The notes under the pieces are model-generated. The model was not told the DNA's origin and did not search any database. It was given only the letters and a program-made list of their open reading frames with translations. Below, one piece after another: positions 51,827-64,000 of a DNA stretch of 64,000 nucleotides. Each line of letters opens with the position of its first letter. Position 1 is the stretch's first letter. The DNA comes from Octopus sinensis (lineage: Eukaryota). A program made the translations under genes and the position numbers. The stretch lies in NCBI RefSeq assembly GCF_006345805.1, contig NC_042997.1, forward strand, positions 163,246,001 to 163,310,000. Direction: 5' to 3'.

Positions 51827-52109
51827 TCTTTATATATAAAACTAAAGTTGTGTGTCTGTCTGTCTACTCCGATTTAGATTCCTAACTACTCCCACATTTT
51901 GCGGTGCAGTTTAACCAAAAGCGGGTATCTTATAGTCGTGATTCATATTGAGCCCTTCTGGGTATTAGCGCGCGTCTACGATGAGCCTACCATTTAAAAA
52001 AAAATTTACCATCATTTTTCCTCGGTTTATATAAGGGAAGTAACTCTCTAAAAATACTTATATAGTTATTTCCCTTACAAACCTGAGCAACGCCGGGCGA
52101 TACTGCTAG
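51827..52109 (+). mobile_element. Non-autonomous Helitron
   Basis: A|TC 5' end, subterminal hairpin-like cctgagcaacgccggg, 3' CTAG|T, no TSD. Confidence 0.85.
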
Positions 52110-55100
52110 TCCCTAATAAAGGTTGAAGGAATATTTAAGTCCTGATGTAAATAACCTTTTTAATACTAGTGGCATAATGGAATACACCCAGTCCATGGTG
52201 TCGAGTGATTAACAATACAAGAAAAAAAAATTCCAAAACTTGAGTATATCAAATACAGAAAATCTGTTACAAGTGGCAAAACAATGTACAGGAGCAGACT
52301 GGCATGAATTAACCGCAAAAACAATGGCCATAAAATGCCAAACCTTTCTACTAATTGGTCTTTGATAAAACTTAATACATACATGTAAAGTATCAAGATT
52401 AGAAATATATTTGAACCATATGCACACTTCCTATACAAACTGACTTGGTGTAATGTCTATAGGAATATAAGGCAAAAAGTGACAGGTATCACACTGCTCT
52501 TTCTAACTGAAGCAAGTACTTTTCAGGGATGAAGTAAAAGTCTGTATCATGCAATAATTGATCATTTGTTAAATCCTAAAAAGAAACTGGTGAGTAATAA
52601 TGTGCTAACGTTATTTCAGGATTCAATAGAAAAGATATTTCTGTTTTCAACAGTTTAATTAAATATTGGTTATATAACATTTTTGAAGCCAAAGAGATCA
52701 GATCAAGAGGCAAAGTTTAGGATGTGTCTGAAGAGTAATTTTATTTTAGATATAATTTTTACATCTACTCTGACTGTGATCAAGTGATTGTGTGCCTTAT
52801 TCCAGAATATGTATATAGTATAGGATTTTTTAACCGTAAACCCAGATCCAGCTCTCACATCTACTCTACAATGTCAATCTAAAAATACACTATCACATTA
52901 TCAAAATCTCGAAGCTACGAAATAATGAATGGTTAATTCAAAGCCATGCAAATAAATAAGCATTATATCTGACAGAGTAATCTAAAGAATTAAATGGTAA
53001 GGAAAAATCCTTTATATATTCCTACCATACTCTAAGAGCAATTCTTACTAATGAATTTGAATTAGATTCATTTACACACAAAATAATTTAAGGTAATATA
53101 GAAGACAAACAATGCTAATTGATAAATTTTTATTGAAAAAATCTCAAAAGTGAGTAGGAGACAAACAGATTTAAATATGAGAAGAAAAAAAAACAAGTAC
53201 TACAAAAATCCCCAGTTTCCCCCAAATTGTAGAAATAGAACTATCCCAATCTAGAATGCCATAAAAGATTTCAAATGAAAAGGGATCAACATCTAAATCC
53301 TCTGAATATGACAAATAGCTAGTCACTGATAACAAAATCCATGAATTAAAAGTGTCAATGTTCTAGAAAGCTATGTAAGCAATACATCGAATGAAAATAT
53401 TATAGTTTGTGTGGAGCGCTCAATTAGCTTTTATCTTGAAAGATTTGTTTTCATTACACATACTTCAAGACCAACTTCTACAACTGTCCCCTCTAAAATA
53501 TACAAAAATCTAGCTACAGATCAGGTAGATGGAACTTTTGCTAGTTATATGTTTTAGAAGTTAATGATAATCTAATAAGATGCCAAATTAGATTCAAAGA
53601 AGCATTTGATTTTGTCAAGGATAGGGACCAATGTCAAATGGTCATTGTAAGTATACAACATTTCTTACAAGGACACACAAAAGGTTGTCTAAAGAAGATC
53701 TTAGAGAAACATATATATATGTATGTGCATAGATTGTTGAATCTTAATTTTATATTTCTGCCCTTCTCAACAGTAAAATTGTTCACTAGTTGCTTATAAT
53801 TTTAAAAAAGTTAAAAAGCAGTGGAACAAAGTTATTTTTACAGGATAAATTTAGGATGTGGGTTGAAACTTTAACAGTTATATTGCTCCTCAGATAAGGA
53901 TGCAAAATATCCTAATGACTAAATTGTTATTGGTACTTCATAAAATTTAGTTGTAACATCTCTGGCATTCTAGGTAGTCACAGAGGGTGAATTGACATGA
54001 GGTATTTCTTACAACACCAATTATGTCACCTACAACAACCTGAATAAATTATTCCAAAGTCGGTCTATGAACCAAGTTAAATGAGCTAAAAATTTGGGAG
54101 ATGGGGATAAGTTTTGATAAACTATTTTACGACAAATAACCCTATTATTTTAAAATCAAAAGTATAGGTATGACAAAACTATGTTACATTACTGCTTTAT
54201 ATCAATTACAATGACATTATACAATCTACCATCATCTATTGATGTAAATATTTATCAACTGAAAATACTTAAACCATCAAATTATTTGATGTTCTATCTA
54301 GATATTAACATGTATTTTAAAGTAATTTAGAAAATTGGTTCTCTGTTTATCTCCAAACATTTCAAAATTATACACACAAATGCACTTGTGCGAAAAAAGG
54401 AAAAAAATACTTAGAAAAATTATAATAAAAAAAATAAGCATATATTAGCTGGAAAATAAGCTGCCAGTGGTTGGTGTAAATAAGGTCTTTTTGCAGAAAT
54501 TAGTAATGCTACCACTTACATTCCATAGCAGTTGTTTGTGATAACTTCACAAATACAGTAATTTATATAGAATAAAAAAAATAGAAATTGAAGTAAAAAA
54601 TTTTAATACACATTTTATCAATGTGAGAAACATAAAAAAAATTGAAAATGTAAAGCTACATATGTAGAAATATTTTTTCTTTTTTTAACAGCTAATACAA
54701 AGAGAGACAGTTATCTGTAAAAAATATTAACTTTAATAAATACATTGCATTTAAATTAATTAAATGGCACATTAGAATATCACAGCTTTCAAGCTTCAGC
54801 CAGTGCTTCAGGAATAATTTCTAATATAACAAGAAATAGCAAAATAATTAAATTAACATGAAAGACAATTGCCCACCAGTGTTTTTACATGAAATGACCT
54901 TAGAATGAATTTTTTTTAAAGAGGAAGTTTACCAGCAAAACAAAATTATGTCATCCCAGAGTACCAGTAAACCAAGTTTGAATAATAATTGTGATTTGCA
55001 AAATTTACAATATAAAACTGCCATTCTAAGATAACAAATGTTAAGTCACAGCCAGACCAAATTATTCATTATTAAATGATACTTAAATCTGTGTTTAACA

Positions 55101-55927
55101 AAAAAAAAAAAAAAAAAAAAAATCTCACACATACATTATGAATTTTCAAAGGCTTATCAAAATCACTAAATTTACATGTTTATAATGAACTTCAAAGTGT
55201 CTTGTTGATACAACCTGGAGATGCAATAAATGAAGTAAATAAGAACATGTTTAAAAGCATGAAAATGAGAGGAGTGGACAAAAAATTTTGATTAGAAAAT
55301 GATTGTTTAATATATTTTCAGGGGAAAAGAAGTGACAAGAAAAAATTGATAGTATTCTACAAAAATATTAAGAATATTTTCCTTTCTGTTTCATCATACA
55401 AAATGTAAAGCCAACTGAAACTTTTAATCCAAACATAACTTGTATCAACAACAGCTTGTTAAAGTAATCAAATTATTTCTCTATGGAATTTGTCACAAAT
55501 TGAAAAGAATATAATAATGAAGATAATAGTTTTAAAATTCTAACATTATAGTAAGTTAACAATAAATCAAAGTCTGTCTTACAAATTTTCAAAAGCATAC
55601 AAAATAATACTTTGTGCTAAAATAAAATCTATAGTTTTAACTGAAATGATTTAACATATTCTGTACATTAATAGAGAACATAGAAGCATAAAATTAACAG
55701 ATATATACCATGATTTGATTTAATTGATGTATCTATTTTAAAATTTCAAAATTGAAAAATTAATTTTTTTTTTCTTCAAGCAAAAAATTTACTCAGATAA
55801 GTTTCTCATTGTTACTTTTCTGCACATTCTCAGTCAGTAATGATTCCCACTCATTTGGTTTTCTATCAACTGTTTTGCTGTTCAGGGTTTTATTGCAATT
55901 CCAAAAGATTATCTATTACAGGTAGGT

Positions 55928-55963
55928 TTAGCATATATTGGAAAACCTTAAACATTCTAGAAC
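55928..55963 (-). CDS. Possible alternative terminal exon (VLECLRFSNIC*)
   Basis: Strong acceptor ttgttttttttttttgtttttttttatag|G at 55964. Confidence 0.3.
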   Translation of the reverse strand, partial: VLECLRFSNIC

Positions 55964-56194
55964 CTATAAAAAAAACAAAAAAAAAAACAAGTAACAATCA
56001 GATATGAAAATATGTTTGGAGTTTTGTAAATCAAATAACAAAAAAGTCCCATTGTTTATATATTTAAATTTCAGTATGGCAAAAAAAAATTAAACTACAT
56101 TTCATTGGCTAACTATAAATATTGCTTGGGTTAATGACAAAGTCCCATGATAAAACACATATAATAGTAGTAGTAGTAGTTGTAGTAGTAAACA

Positions 56195-56671
56195 TTAAAC
56201 ATGGCCATTTTTGGTGTTGTTTGCATTGCTTGATGCAGATATGGAAGTCAGTGGAGAGGGACTCCTGAAGGGCACATGTTTGGGGGATAAAGATGGACTG
56301 GTAGAGTTAAATGTTCTAGAAGACAAGCAGTTAGCTGATTGAGTCACACCCAGCAAACTTGTGCCATACCCTACTGAGGAAGTGGAAGCAATCTGCTCTC
56401 GCAGTAAGGGATACAAACCAGGTAAGAGTAAAGGTGAAAGCTTGTTAGAATTGTTTCTTGCAGTTGGGCTGCAGCACAGTTTATAAGGTCTTTCAGAAAG
56501 TTGGGATGAATTGTTGCTAAAAGGATGTCCACTAGAATATGAATTCTGACCAACAGCAAGAAAGTGTTCATTGGATGCTACTGCTGCTCCAGAAGCAGCA
56601 AACATAGCAGCATACTGGGAATCTAACATCTGATTGAGAATTTTGGGAGTCAAAGGAACATTTTCAGGAAC
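56195..56671 (-). CDS. Probable terminal coding exon of an unidentified gene (VPENVPLTPKILNQMLDSQYAAMFAASG...NGHV*)
   Basis: Acceptor tttcttcttgttttctag at 56672; 159 open codons; phase 0 matches the upstream exon. Confidence 0.75.
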   Translation of the reverse strand, partial: VPENVPLTPKILNQMLDSQYAAMFAASGAAVASNEHFLAVGQNSYSSGHPFSNNSSQLSERPYKLCCSPTARNNSNKLSPLLLPGLYPLLREQIASTSSVGYGTSLLGVTQSANCLSSRTFNSTSPSLSPKHVPFRSPSPLTSISASSNANNTKNGHV

Positions 56672-57239
56672 CTAGAAAACAAGAAGAAATTCCAATTTGA
56701 AAAAGGAATTAGATTTTAATACTATACAAGGTAAAAATAACAAAAATTATATGCATCTTTTTAAAGAATATCCTTAATTTTCATCTTTCTACAATCAATA
56801 AATTCACATAATATATTAGAATTTGAGAACATGGTGGAATTAGAAAGAAATTAACATATCAATTTTATGTCCACTTTTTCCATGCTGGCATGGAATCAAT
56901 GAAACATCTAGAGGCAGTATTCTTTTAGCCAGATGTCCTTCCTATCTCCAAGGAAGATACTTTATTTCACATCGAACTATTGCTGTATATTTTGTTTACA
57001 GGCAACATTAATGCTGTTTATATTCATTTGCTCATTTCTTATATCCTTTTTCATTACTAGCAGGAGCTATGCGAGTATATTATCGTAGCATTGTTTCACA
57101 GCCAAATGATTTTCATGTAAGGATCTCTAATTTCACACATCTTCAAAATTGCAAATCCAGCAGACAATTTGTTGACAGAGAGAAGGATAACAGCATCACT
57201 GCTCGTAGCTCACAATATTCAGAAAATATATAAACAAAT

Positions 57240-57400
57240 GCACATGCATACACACACACAATGAGCTTCCATACAGTCTGCATCTATGGTTTCACTGACA
57301 AGGCATCAGTCAGTCTAAGGCTATAGTAGAAGACACTTGCCCAAGATGATATGCAGTGAGATAGAAACTGAAACCTCGTGGTTACAGAGACAACTTCTTA
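57240..57400 (-). mobile_element. SINE family D body; its head continues at 58324-58345 beyond the CR1 insertion
   Basis: ggctatagtagaagacacttgcccaag...cttctta, then cttcttagccatacagtc after the insert. Confidence 0.7.
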
Positions 57401-58323
57401 AGTTAATTTTTGGCTCAAAAAGCAAAAAGCAAGGCCATGTAGGGGGACATGGAGTTATGTACAGGGACAGTGTTCATGCAAAGAGTTCAGGCCATTTCTG
57501 GTCAAGAGAGACTTTGAACCGAGCGGTCGTCGGCATCTTCACTATCTTGTCTGGCAGCTTATTCCACAGATCCGCAACCCGGAGATGAGATCGTCGCAGA
57601 TAGAGCTTTTCGGAGTGACCCTGCAGCCGACGCTCTGGAGTAGGAGTGAAGAACAGCTCTTTCGAGTGTTACACTTTTCGCTTATGATGTTGTGAGCGAG
57701 AATGAGATCACCATGGCGGCGGCGTTTTTCTAGAGAATAAAGGTTGAGCGTCTTCAGCCTTTCTTCATAAGACAAATGCTTGAGGTCAAGAACCATGCAG
57801 GTAGCCAGCTTCTGAACTCTTTCGAGATGATGTATGTCTTTGAGGAGATAAGGAGAAGAGGCTTGAATCTCGTACTCCAATATGGGTCTCACCAGCGTGA
57901 CATAGAGCGGTAGGAATATGGCTGCTGTGAGCATTCCGAATGACCGTCGAATCAAGAACAGAACTCTGCGTGCGTTGTTGGCAGCATGGACGCACTGGGC
58001 CAAAGGCGAAAAGGAAGAATCCACCAAGATACCCAGGTCCTTTACCTGGTCGGTCCTCTCCAGCAGCAGACGACCCGGCTCGAAATCAAGTTGAGTTGCA
58101 GGAGAGGAGCCAACAGGCAGATAACAGCACTTTGACATGTTCAGACACAGGTCCCATTCATTAGACCATCTCCAAACTTGGTGGAGGCATCGACGAAGAT
58201 CATCTATATCTCCGCGAGGAGCGACCAGTTTGACATCATCGGCAAATAGAAGGGTGTGTTGCGTGAGGTCATCAGGCAAGTCATTTATGAAGACTAAAAA
58301 CAATAAGGGCCCAAGCACTGAAC
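57401..58323 (-). mobile_element. 5'-truncated CR1-clade LINE with a 7-bp TSD
   Basis: GSVLGPLLFLVFINDL...LLFADDVKL...DLGILVD...RPILEY...LERVQKLAT...YEERLKTLNLYSLEKRR; TSD CTTCTTA at 57394-57400 and 58324-58330. Confidence 0.92.
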
Positions 58324-58374
58324 CTTCTTAGCCATACAGTCATGAGTGTGCCTCATTGCTTTATAGTATTTAGA

Positions 58375-58580
58375 GGCAGCAAGCTGGCAGAAACGTTAGC
58401 ATGCTGTGTGAAATGCTTAGCGGCATTTCATCTGCCGGTACGTTCTGAGTACAAATTCTGCTGAGGTCAACTTTGCCTTTCATCCTTTCGGGGTCGATTA
58501 AATAAGTACCAGTTACACACTGGGGTCGATACAATCGATTTAATCCGTCTGTTTGTCCCCTCTGTGTAGCCCCTTGTGGG
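58375..58580 (+). mobile_element. SINE family A copy
   Basis: Homologous to 4107-4342. Confidence 0.75.
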
Positions 58581-60479
58581 CGTCTTGTGTTGCCTTAGTA
58601 CTGAATTCTAATACAGCTAGAGTAAAATAAGTACTCACAGAATGGTCAATTAAATGGAATGTAATGCTCTTACAAAATGAATCTTTTGTAAACAATTCAA
58701 ATGAAAATACTTAAACCGCCACCAAGCACAAGAGAAGTCCACAAATAAAGTACTGCTTTCACACCTGGGATAATTACTACTGGTGACTCTACCCTAAGCT
58801 GCATCCAAAACAAGTCTACTTGGCTGATTGGCATGAAGTTGCTCACAGACACACTCTGAACACTGGCCCATAGATGTGCTGTCTCTTCTCTCTGCCTTTT
58901 CTACTGCTACATCAGCAACTTTTGCTCCTCAGAGCTGGTTGGTCTCCTGCTACCTTCACTCAGGCACTCCAACACGCATATCTCCCACCTCTCCTCACTT
59001 TCTCATCCCAGACTATGCCCTAATGATTATACCTAGTCCTCCCTGAAACAGCAGCCTTTTGGGATTCTCACTATTCAAGTTTTTCCTGCTATCATCAAAT
59101 TGTAATTGTTCAAGAGGAATGTTAATGACACCAATAACACCAACCTCAAAGGAATTGTGAAAGTCATGGGTTTGTCCCTCCCTCTAGACATCATCATCAT
59201 CATCACTATTATTTAACGTCCGTTTTCCATGCTGGCATGGGTTGGACGGTTAGACAGGAGCTGGCAAGGCTAGAGGTCACATCAGGTTCCATAATCTGTT
59301 TTTGGCTTCGTTTCTACAGTTGGATGCCCTTCTTAACATTAACCACTTTACAGAATGTACAGTGGTATTTTTTATGTGGCACTATAAGTCAAAGGAAAAC
59401 AATGTAGTGGTTGAAGTCCAACAATTTTTAAGTGATTCTTATTTTGTTGTTTCATAGTTTCATTAACCACTATTTCAGTCTCTGCTAATAACCCTAAAAT
59501 CCCATGCTCACTGGGGCATCAGCCATGAACTAAAGATAAAAAATAAATATGAGGTTATGGGTCAGATGATAGGGGCAACCTCTTCAGGCATTATATGCAT
59601 GGTTGGGCTCCTGATGTCCCAGGTGGGACTTTTTTTTTACCTGCACTCTCCACACAAAAGAACATTTCATCTGTAAGTGGTATATCGAAAGACCGTTGTT
59701 CTCAAACTGGCTCAAATGCTTGTGAAACTGAACACTGTTAAATCACTAAAGGTATCTGTTGGTGCAAAACCACATGTCACAGCACCCAATTCAGACTGAC
59801 CAGAACTCTAACAGTTTGCTTCTAAGCAGTACATTTTGGAGATGGTTTACTGATAGATGGTTGCAAATTTTCACCTCACATAAGACAAAGATAGGATGAG
59901 AGACACGAGAAGAAAAGAGCAAGAGATAGATAAAACAAAAATAAACTCAAGTGACAGTAGGAAGATAGAGAGAGTAAGAAGCTAGCAATGTTTATTTTGC
60001 TAGCTTCTCAATCAAATAATGTCTGCTGAAGTTTTCTAAGTAAAGATAAGAAACACTACATTTACTATTGTTACAATCAACTTGTTTATGCCTCTGAGAA
60101 ACAGCATGGCAGTCTATGTAATCGTTCTACTTGCTAAAAATAGCAGCCAAACCATCCTCACATCTCACCCTCCCATCTTAAAAAAAAAGAAATGAAGACA
60201 TATTAGATAATATAGTCTTACATTATAAACCCTAAAACGACATAACTGGAATAAAAAGACATAATTGGAATGCCTTTTGTCAAATGTCTGCTTGATCAGG
60301 GCTGACCTTGGGCTACACTACAACCACTTGCTGAATTATTAGGATATCAGCCTCCTAAGTAACAATTCGATATTATTACAAGCAATCTACTGTAATTCAA
60401 GCAAAGGTTTGTTATCAATGGTTTTTGTAGCAATAAATAAATACTATGGTAAGGGTACAACTGACTTAATATTCTTTTC

Positions 60480-60690
60480 TACTCAAGGATGAGGCCCAAA
60501 ATTTTTGAGGAAAAGGGGGGGGGCAGTTGATTAGATCGATACCAGTATGTAACTGGTACTTAATTTATCGACCCTGAAAGAATGAAAGGCGAAGTCGACC
60601 TCAGTGGAATTTGAACCCAGAATGTAAAGACAGATGAAATACTGCGAAGCATTTCACCTGGAGTGCTAATGATTCTGCTAGCTTGCCGCC
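60480..60690 (-). mobile_element. SINE family A variant, antisense
   Basis: Reverse complement of the family A core (atcgaccctgaaagaatgaaaggcgaagtcgacc). Confidence 0.75.
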
Positions 60691-61731
60691 TTACAGTTGA
60701 CTTAATATTGTATATAGAAATGACTTAATTTAACTGTCATGTAAACTTGCAGTGCTGATTTCAAATCATTACACTATTAAAATACACAATAGGTTAGCAT
60801 TATAATCCAGGGAAATAAATCTCCTTTAATTGCTCATTGTTGTGAAAGCCTAAAAGAAACTTTTTCCACAATTTGCTTGTTAGATAGAACATCCTCTCAG
60901 AAGAAGGTAACATATAATCTATGCCATACCTATAAACTTCAAGTTCAAACTACCGAAAAATGTTTATGCTATTTTTGACACACAAGAACTGAATGAATCT
61001 CAATAAGTTCTCTGGCAAATGCTCAATGCAAACTTTGTGAACTTAATATTGTACATTCAATAACTCACAGATCATGCATTCCATATTATCACTTTAAAAA
61101 AAAAAAAAACCAAAAAAAAACAATTTTTAGAACTTTGAAAAAAGCCATAAGCTGAAAACTTAACCAGGAAATGCACTGTGATCTGAGGGTAGACATATTT
61201 ATTAGCCAACTCGAGGATTACTTTGAATGATGAGCAAATAGCTGGATATGGAGACACACACACACATGCACTGTTTGTGATAGTTACCAAATCTCTCTCT
61301 CTCTTAATTTATATCTATACCCTTACAAGAGGAAGAACACTTTGGATACTGTAATCCTAGATATACTGCCTGAAATTAAAATGGAATGGTCACAGCTTGA
61401 ATGAATTTAACTAAGGGTTAAACAATCACCACCATGAAATACAACAGTAGGAATAACACAGGAGTGTTTAAGTACAGAGGAGCCAATATCAACACAAACC
61501 CACAAGACAAGTTGAATTCAGTATTATATATATTAAACTACTTGCAAATTTTAGGGAAGCTGCTCTCATTGGCATGTTTATCCTACAAAGTGATATTCAT
61601 TTCCAGCTAGTTGTACTGGTATACTGAAGAATGACATTGGCCATATACATAAATGTGAAATATGAACTGTGAGAGAGAGGGAAAAGGGAAGAGAGAAGAG
61701 GATATTTGAAGATGAATGCATTGAAAATTAA

Positions 61732-61955
61732 TCCTTCAGCATTTAAACCGACCATATCAGGCCCTAACATTCAACCTGTTTTATGTTCAAAGTGGCCAGA
61801 TTCAGCCTTTTGCATGTATCCTACTATGTCATTCTAAAAGTAAACAATCACATTATTGAAATCTCAAAGCTACAAGATAATGCTTGATTAATTCAAAGAA
61901 ATATTAATAAATAAGCAATACAATAGGCAGAGAAACCTGAATGTTATAAAAGATA
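61732..61955. mobile_element. piggyBac-type MITE copy, opposite orientation
   Basis: TTAA|TCCTTCAGCATTTAAACCG...; reverse complement of the 8234-8451 body. Confidence 0.6.
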
Positions 61956-62911
61956 AATGTAAGCAGGAATACAAAAGGTAAGACCAATAGTCTGAAAGGT
62001 TCAGGTTATTATTATGCTTAGATGTTATTAATAAATCAAAATCTTAACAAAAATCCAAATTTGAAAGAATTACAAAAATAGCCACAAGGCCACAGATGTT
62101 GTGAGAGAACAGTCAATTAGATTGATCCCAGTACTTGTACTTTATTCAGTTGACCTTAGAAGGGTTGAGTGGCAAAATAGACTTGGAATGAAGGAAGAAA
62201 AATCAAGTCAATCTGGATGAAAAGAAGACAAAGTCAAATCTGGAAGAATCAAAGTTAAAACCAACACTGGAAGAACAAACAGTCGAATGAGATTTGAACT
62301 CAGAACATAATGAGATCTGACTAAATAACGCTCTACTGATTCTGTCAATCTGTCACTCTTAGAATGACAAAAGTAATAAAAATATCTGAACTGTTTCCAG
62401 CTGATGATAACATTCATGGCAATTAAAGGCATTACTTTTTCTCAATAGAAACAGTGGTATCAAGAAGTTTCAGCTAAAAAGAAATGCATATACTGTATTT
62501 GATGGCTTATAAGATGCACTGTTTTTTAAAAAAAATCTCAAAAAAATCACTCTGGGTCCTATATATGAAATCAGGTCTATATCACCTGCTTTAATGCACT
62601 AAAATCTTTTTTCCTAAATATGTGCTGTTGAAATTGGGGTACATCTAATATGTTTGTGCATCTTTCATGCCATCAAATACTTTAGTATGTAAAATACAAA
62701 AAAACAAATATTCACAATTCCATTGACTATTTGTATAGAAAAGGCATAACAATAGAAAACATGGTTAAATGCCTTATATTCATGACCCAACGAAATTTCA
62801 GAGGTTCTAAAGAAATTTAATGCCTTGCCTTTCTAAACACAAGTTTACTATAAAAGTAGAGCTAGTGATGAACATAATATCAAAATAATGTTAAAAAGAA
62901 CTCGTGTTTAC

Positions 62912-63030
62912 CGGAGACGAACTGGGTGAACGAGATGTTGATCGTGTATCTCTTGGAGAAAGACCCCGACTACTTGATGGGGAGCCACTGTGGTTAGACT
63001 GGCTTTGGTGGTACGGTGAATGGGATCTTC
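62912..63030 (-). CDS. Internal coding exon of the unidentified minus-strand gene (RSHSPYHQSQSNHSGSPSSSRGLSPRDTRSTSRSPSSSP)
   Basis: tatttgcag|GA AGA...TCT CCG|gtaaac; 119 nt, ends in phase 0. Confidence 0.75.
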
Positions 63031-64000
63031 CTGCAAATAGTAATGATTTTTAACATTGGCACAGGGCCGCACATTTTGGGAAAAAGAGTTGTAGTCAGTA
63101 TATTTGGGCCTCCAGTACATGAATGGTACTTATTTTTACCAACCCTGCATGGATTTTTAACACAGGATGAACCAAACTAAACACCACAAGGTAATTAGTC
63201 TAGTTTATCGTTAATTTTTTTACTCAACAAATATGAATTTAAAATAAGGACACAAGGTCAAAAATGTGGTAGGGAGGCAACTGAGCTGATTTGCTCAAAT
63301 TCAAATATATGACTAGAACTTCTTTACTTTATCCCAGAGAGATGAAAGGAAAGGTCAACTTCAGCAAGATGTGAGCTCACAACATGAAAGGACATAGCTA
63401 AAGAGCAAGAGATAGTAAAATCTAGTGCTGTTTCTGCTAACCCAAAATATAATTGATTGAATTAGCCTTAACATCTTACTGGTAGGATGAAAGGTAAATT
63501 CAACTCAAAGAAGATTTGAACTTAAAAGTGAAATATCAATAAAACAATAAGGAACCTCAAGATTGCTATCTACATAATTTGTTGTTGAATCCCAGGTCAG
63601 CCCTGATCAGGAAATCTCCGAGCAAAAATGTTCTAGTAGTGACAATTCAATTAATTTCAGGCAGTGAATCTAAGACCTATTATCCTTTTCTTATAAAGAT
63701 GGTTGTATATGATATGAAGGAAATTTGGCAGCTATTATGAGTGAAAAAGCAAGCATACAGAGGCATTTTCATCAGTCCCACTAAACCTATTGTTAAATTG
63801 TTTTGTAAAATGATGGTTATAGATATGAATGTTAATCTACAACCCAAAGACAAAGGTTGTAGGCTTTATTGGGTTTCTGTAGATATTTTCTTTCTCAGTA
63901 TCTTTAGATGAGGCAGTCATGCCAAGCTGACAGATATTCCAGCTGTTCACAAATGTACACAACAAGTTCCTTATCAAGATTTTCTTTTCCTTATTTGACA

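Noticed and set aside
57542-58318. 258-aa ORF as a host gene
   Set aside because: CR1 RT fragment bounded by a TSD
58638-58764. Candidate minus-strand exon (cccag|...|gtgagt)
   Set aside because: All three frames contain stops; it cannot join the phase-0 coding exons
59630-59760. Minus-strand donor CAG|gtaaaa with a short open frame
   Set aside because: Short frame, no convincing acceptor and no recognisable product
443-64000. Remaining 60-170-aa ORFs in the track
   Set aside because: They overlap SINEs, microsatellites or low-complexity AT-rich DNA and have no splice or homology support

Overview
AT-rich, repeat-dense animal genomic DNA; the SINE/RTE families and intron style suggest an octopus (inference, not verified). 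The main gene is a mitoguardin (MIGA/FAM73) homolog on the + strand. Its 12 coding exons (26940-47054) have canonical GT-AG junctions whose phases all join into one open 517-aa frame, with an N-terminal signal-anchor and an FFAT-like motif. A second, unidentified gene converges from the right on the - strand (Ser/Pro-rich coding exons 62912-63030 and 56195-56671, then a probable long 3'UTR). The rest is a mosaic of mobile elements: several tRNA-derived SINE families, a (GAT)n-tailed RTE-related family, RTE, CR1 and Tx1-like LINE fragments, a DD37D Tc1/mariner relic, a piggyBac deletion derivative with TTAA MITEs, a Merlin relic, a Helitron and a Penelope-like fragment. Most short ORFs in the track are repeat artefacts. 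I found no clearly novel multi-gene system. The best leads are two palindromic elements bracketing an in-frame pair of MIGA exons, two young GC-rich LINE insertions (one with a TSD splitting a SINE), and a candidate bidirectional promoter whose small exon would splice in frame onto MIGA. Repeat boundaries without a TSD/TIR are approximate.
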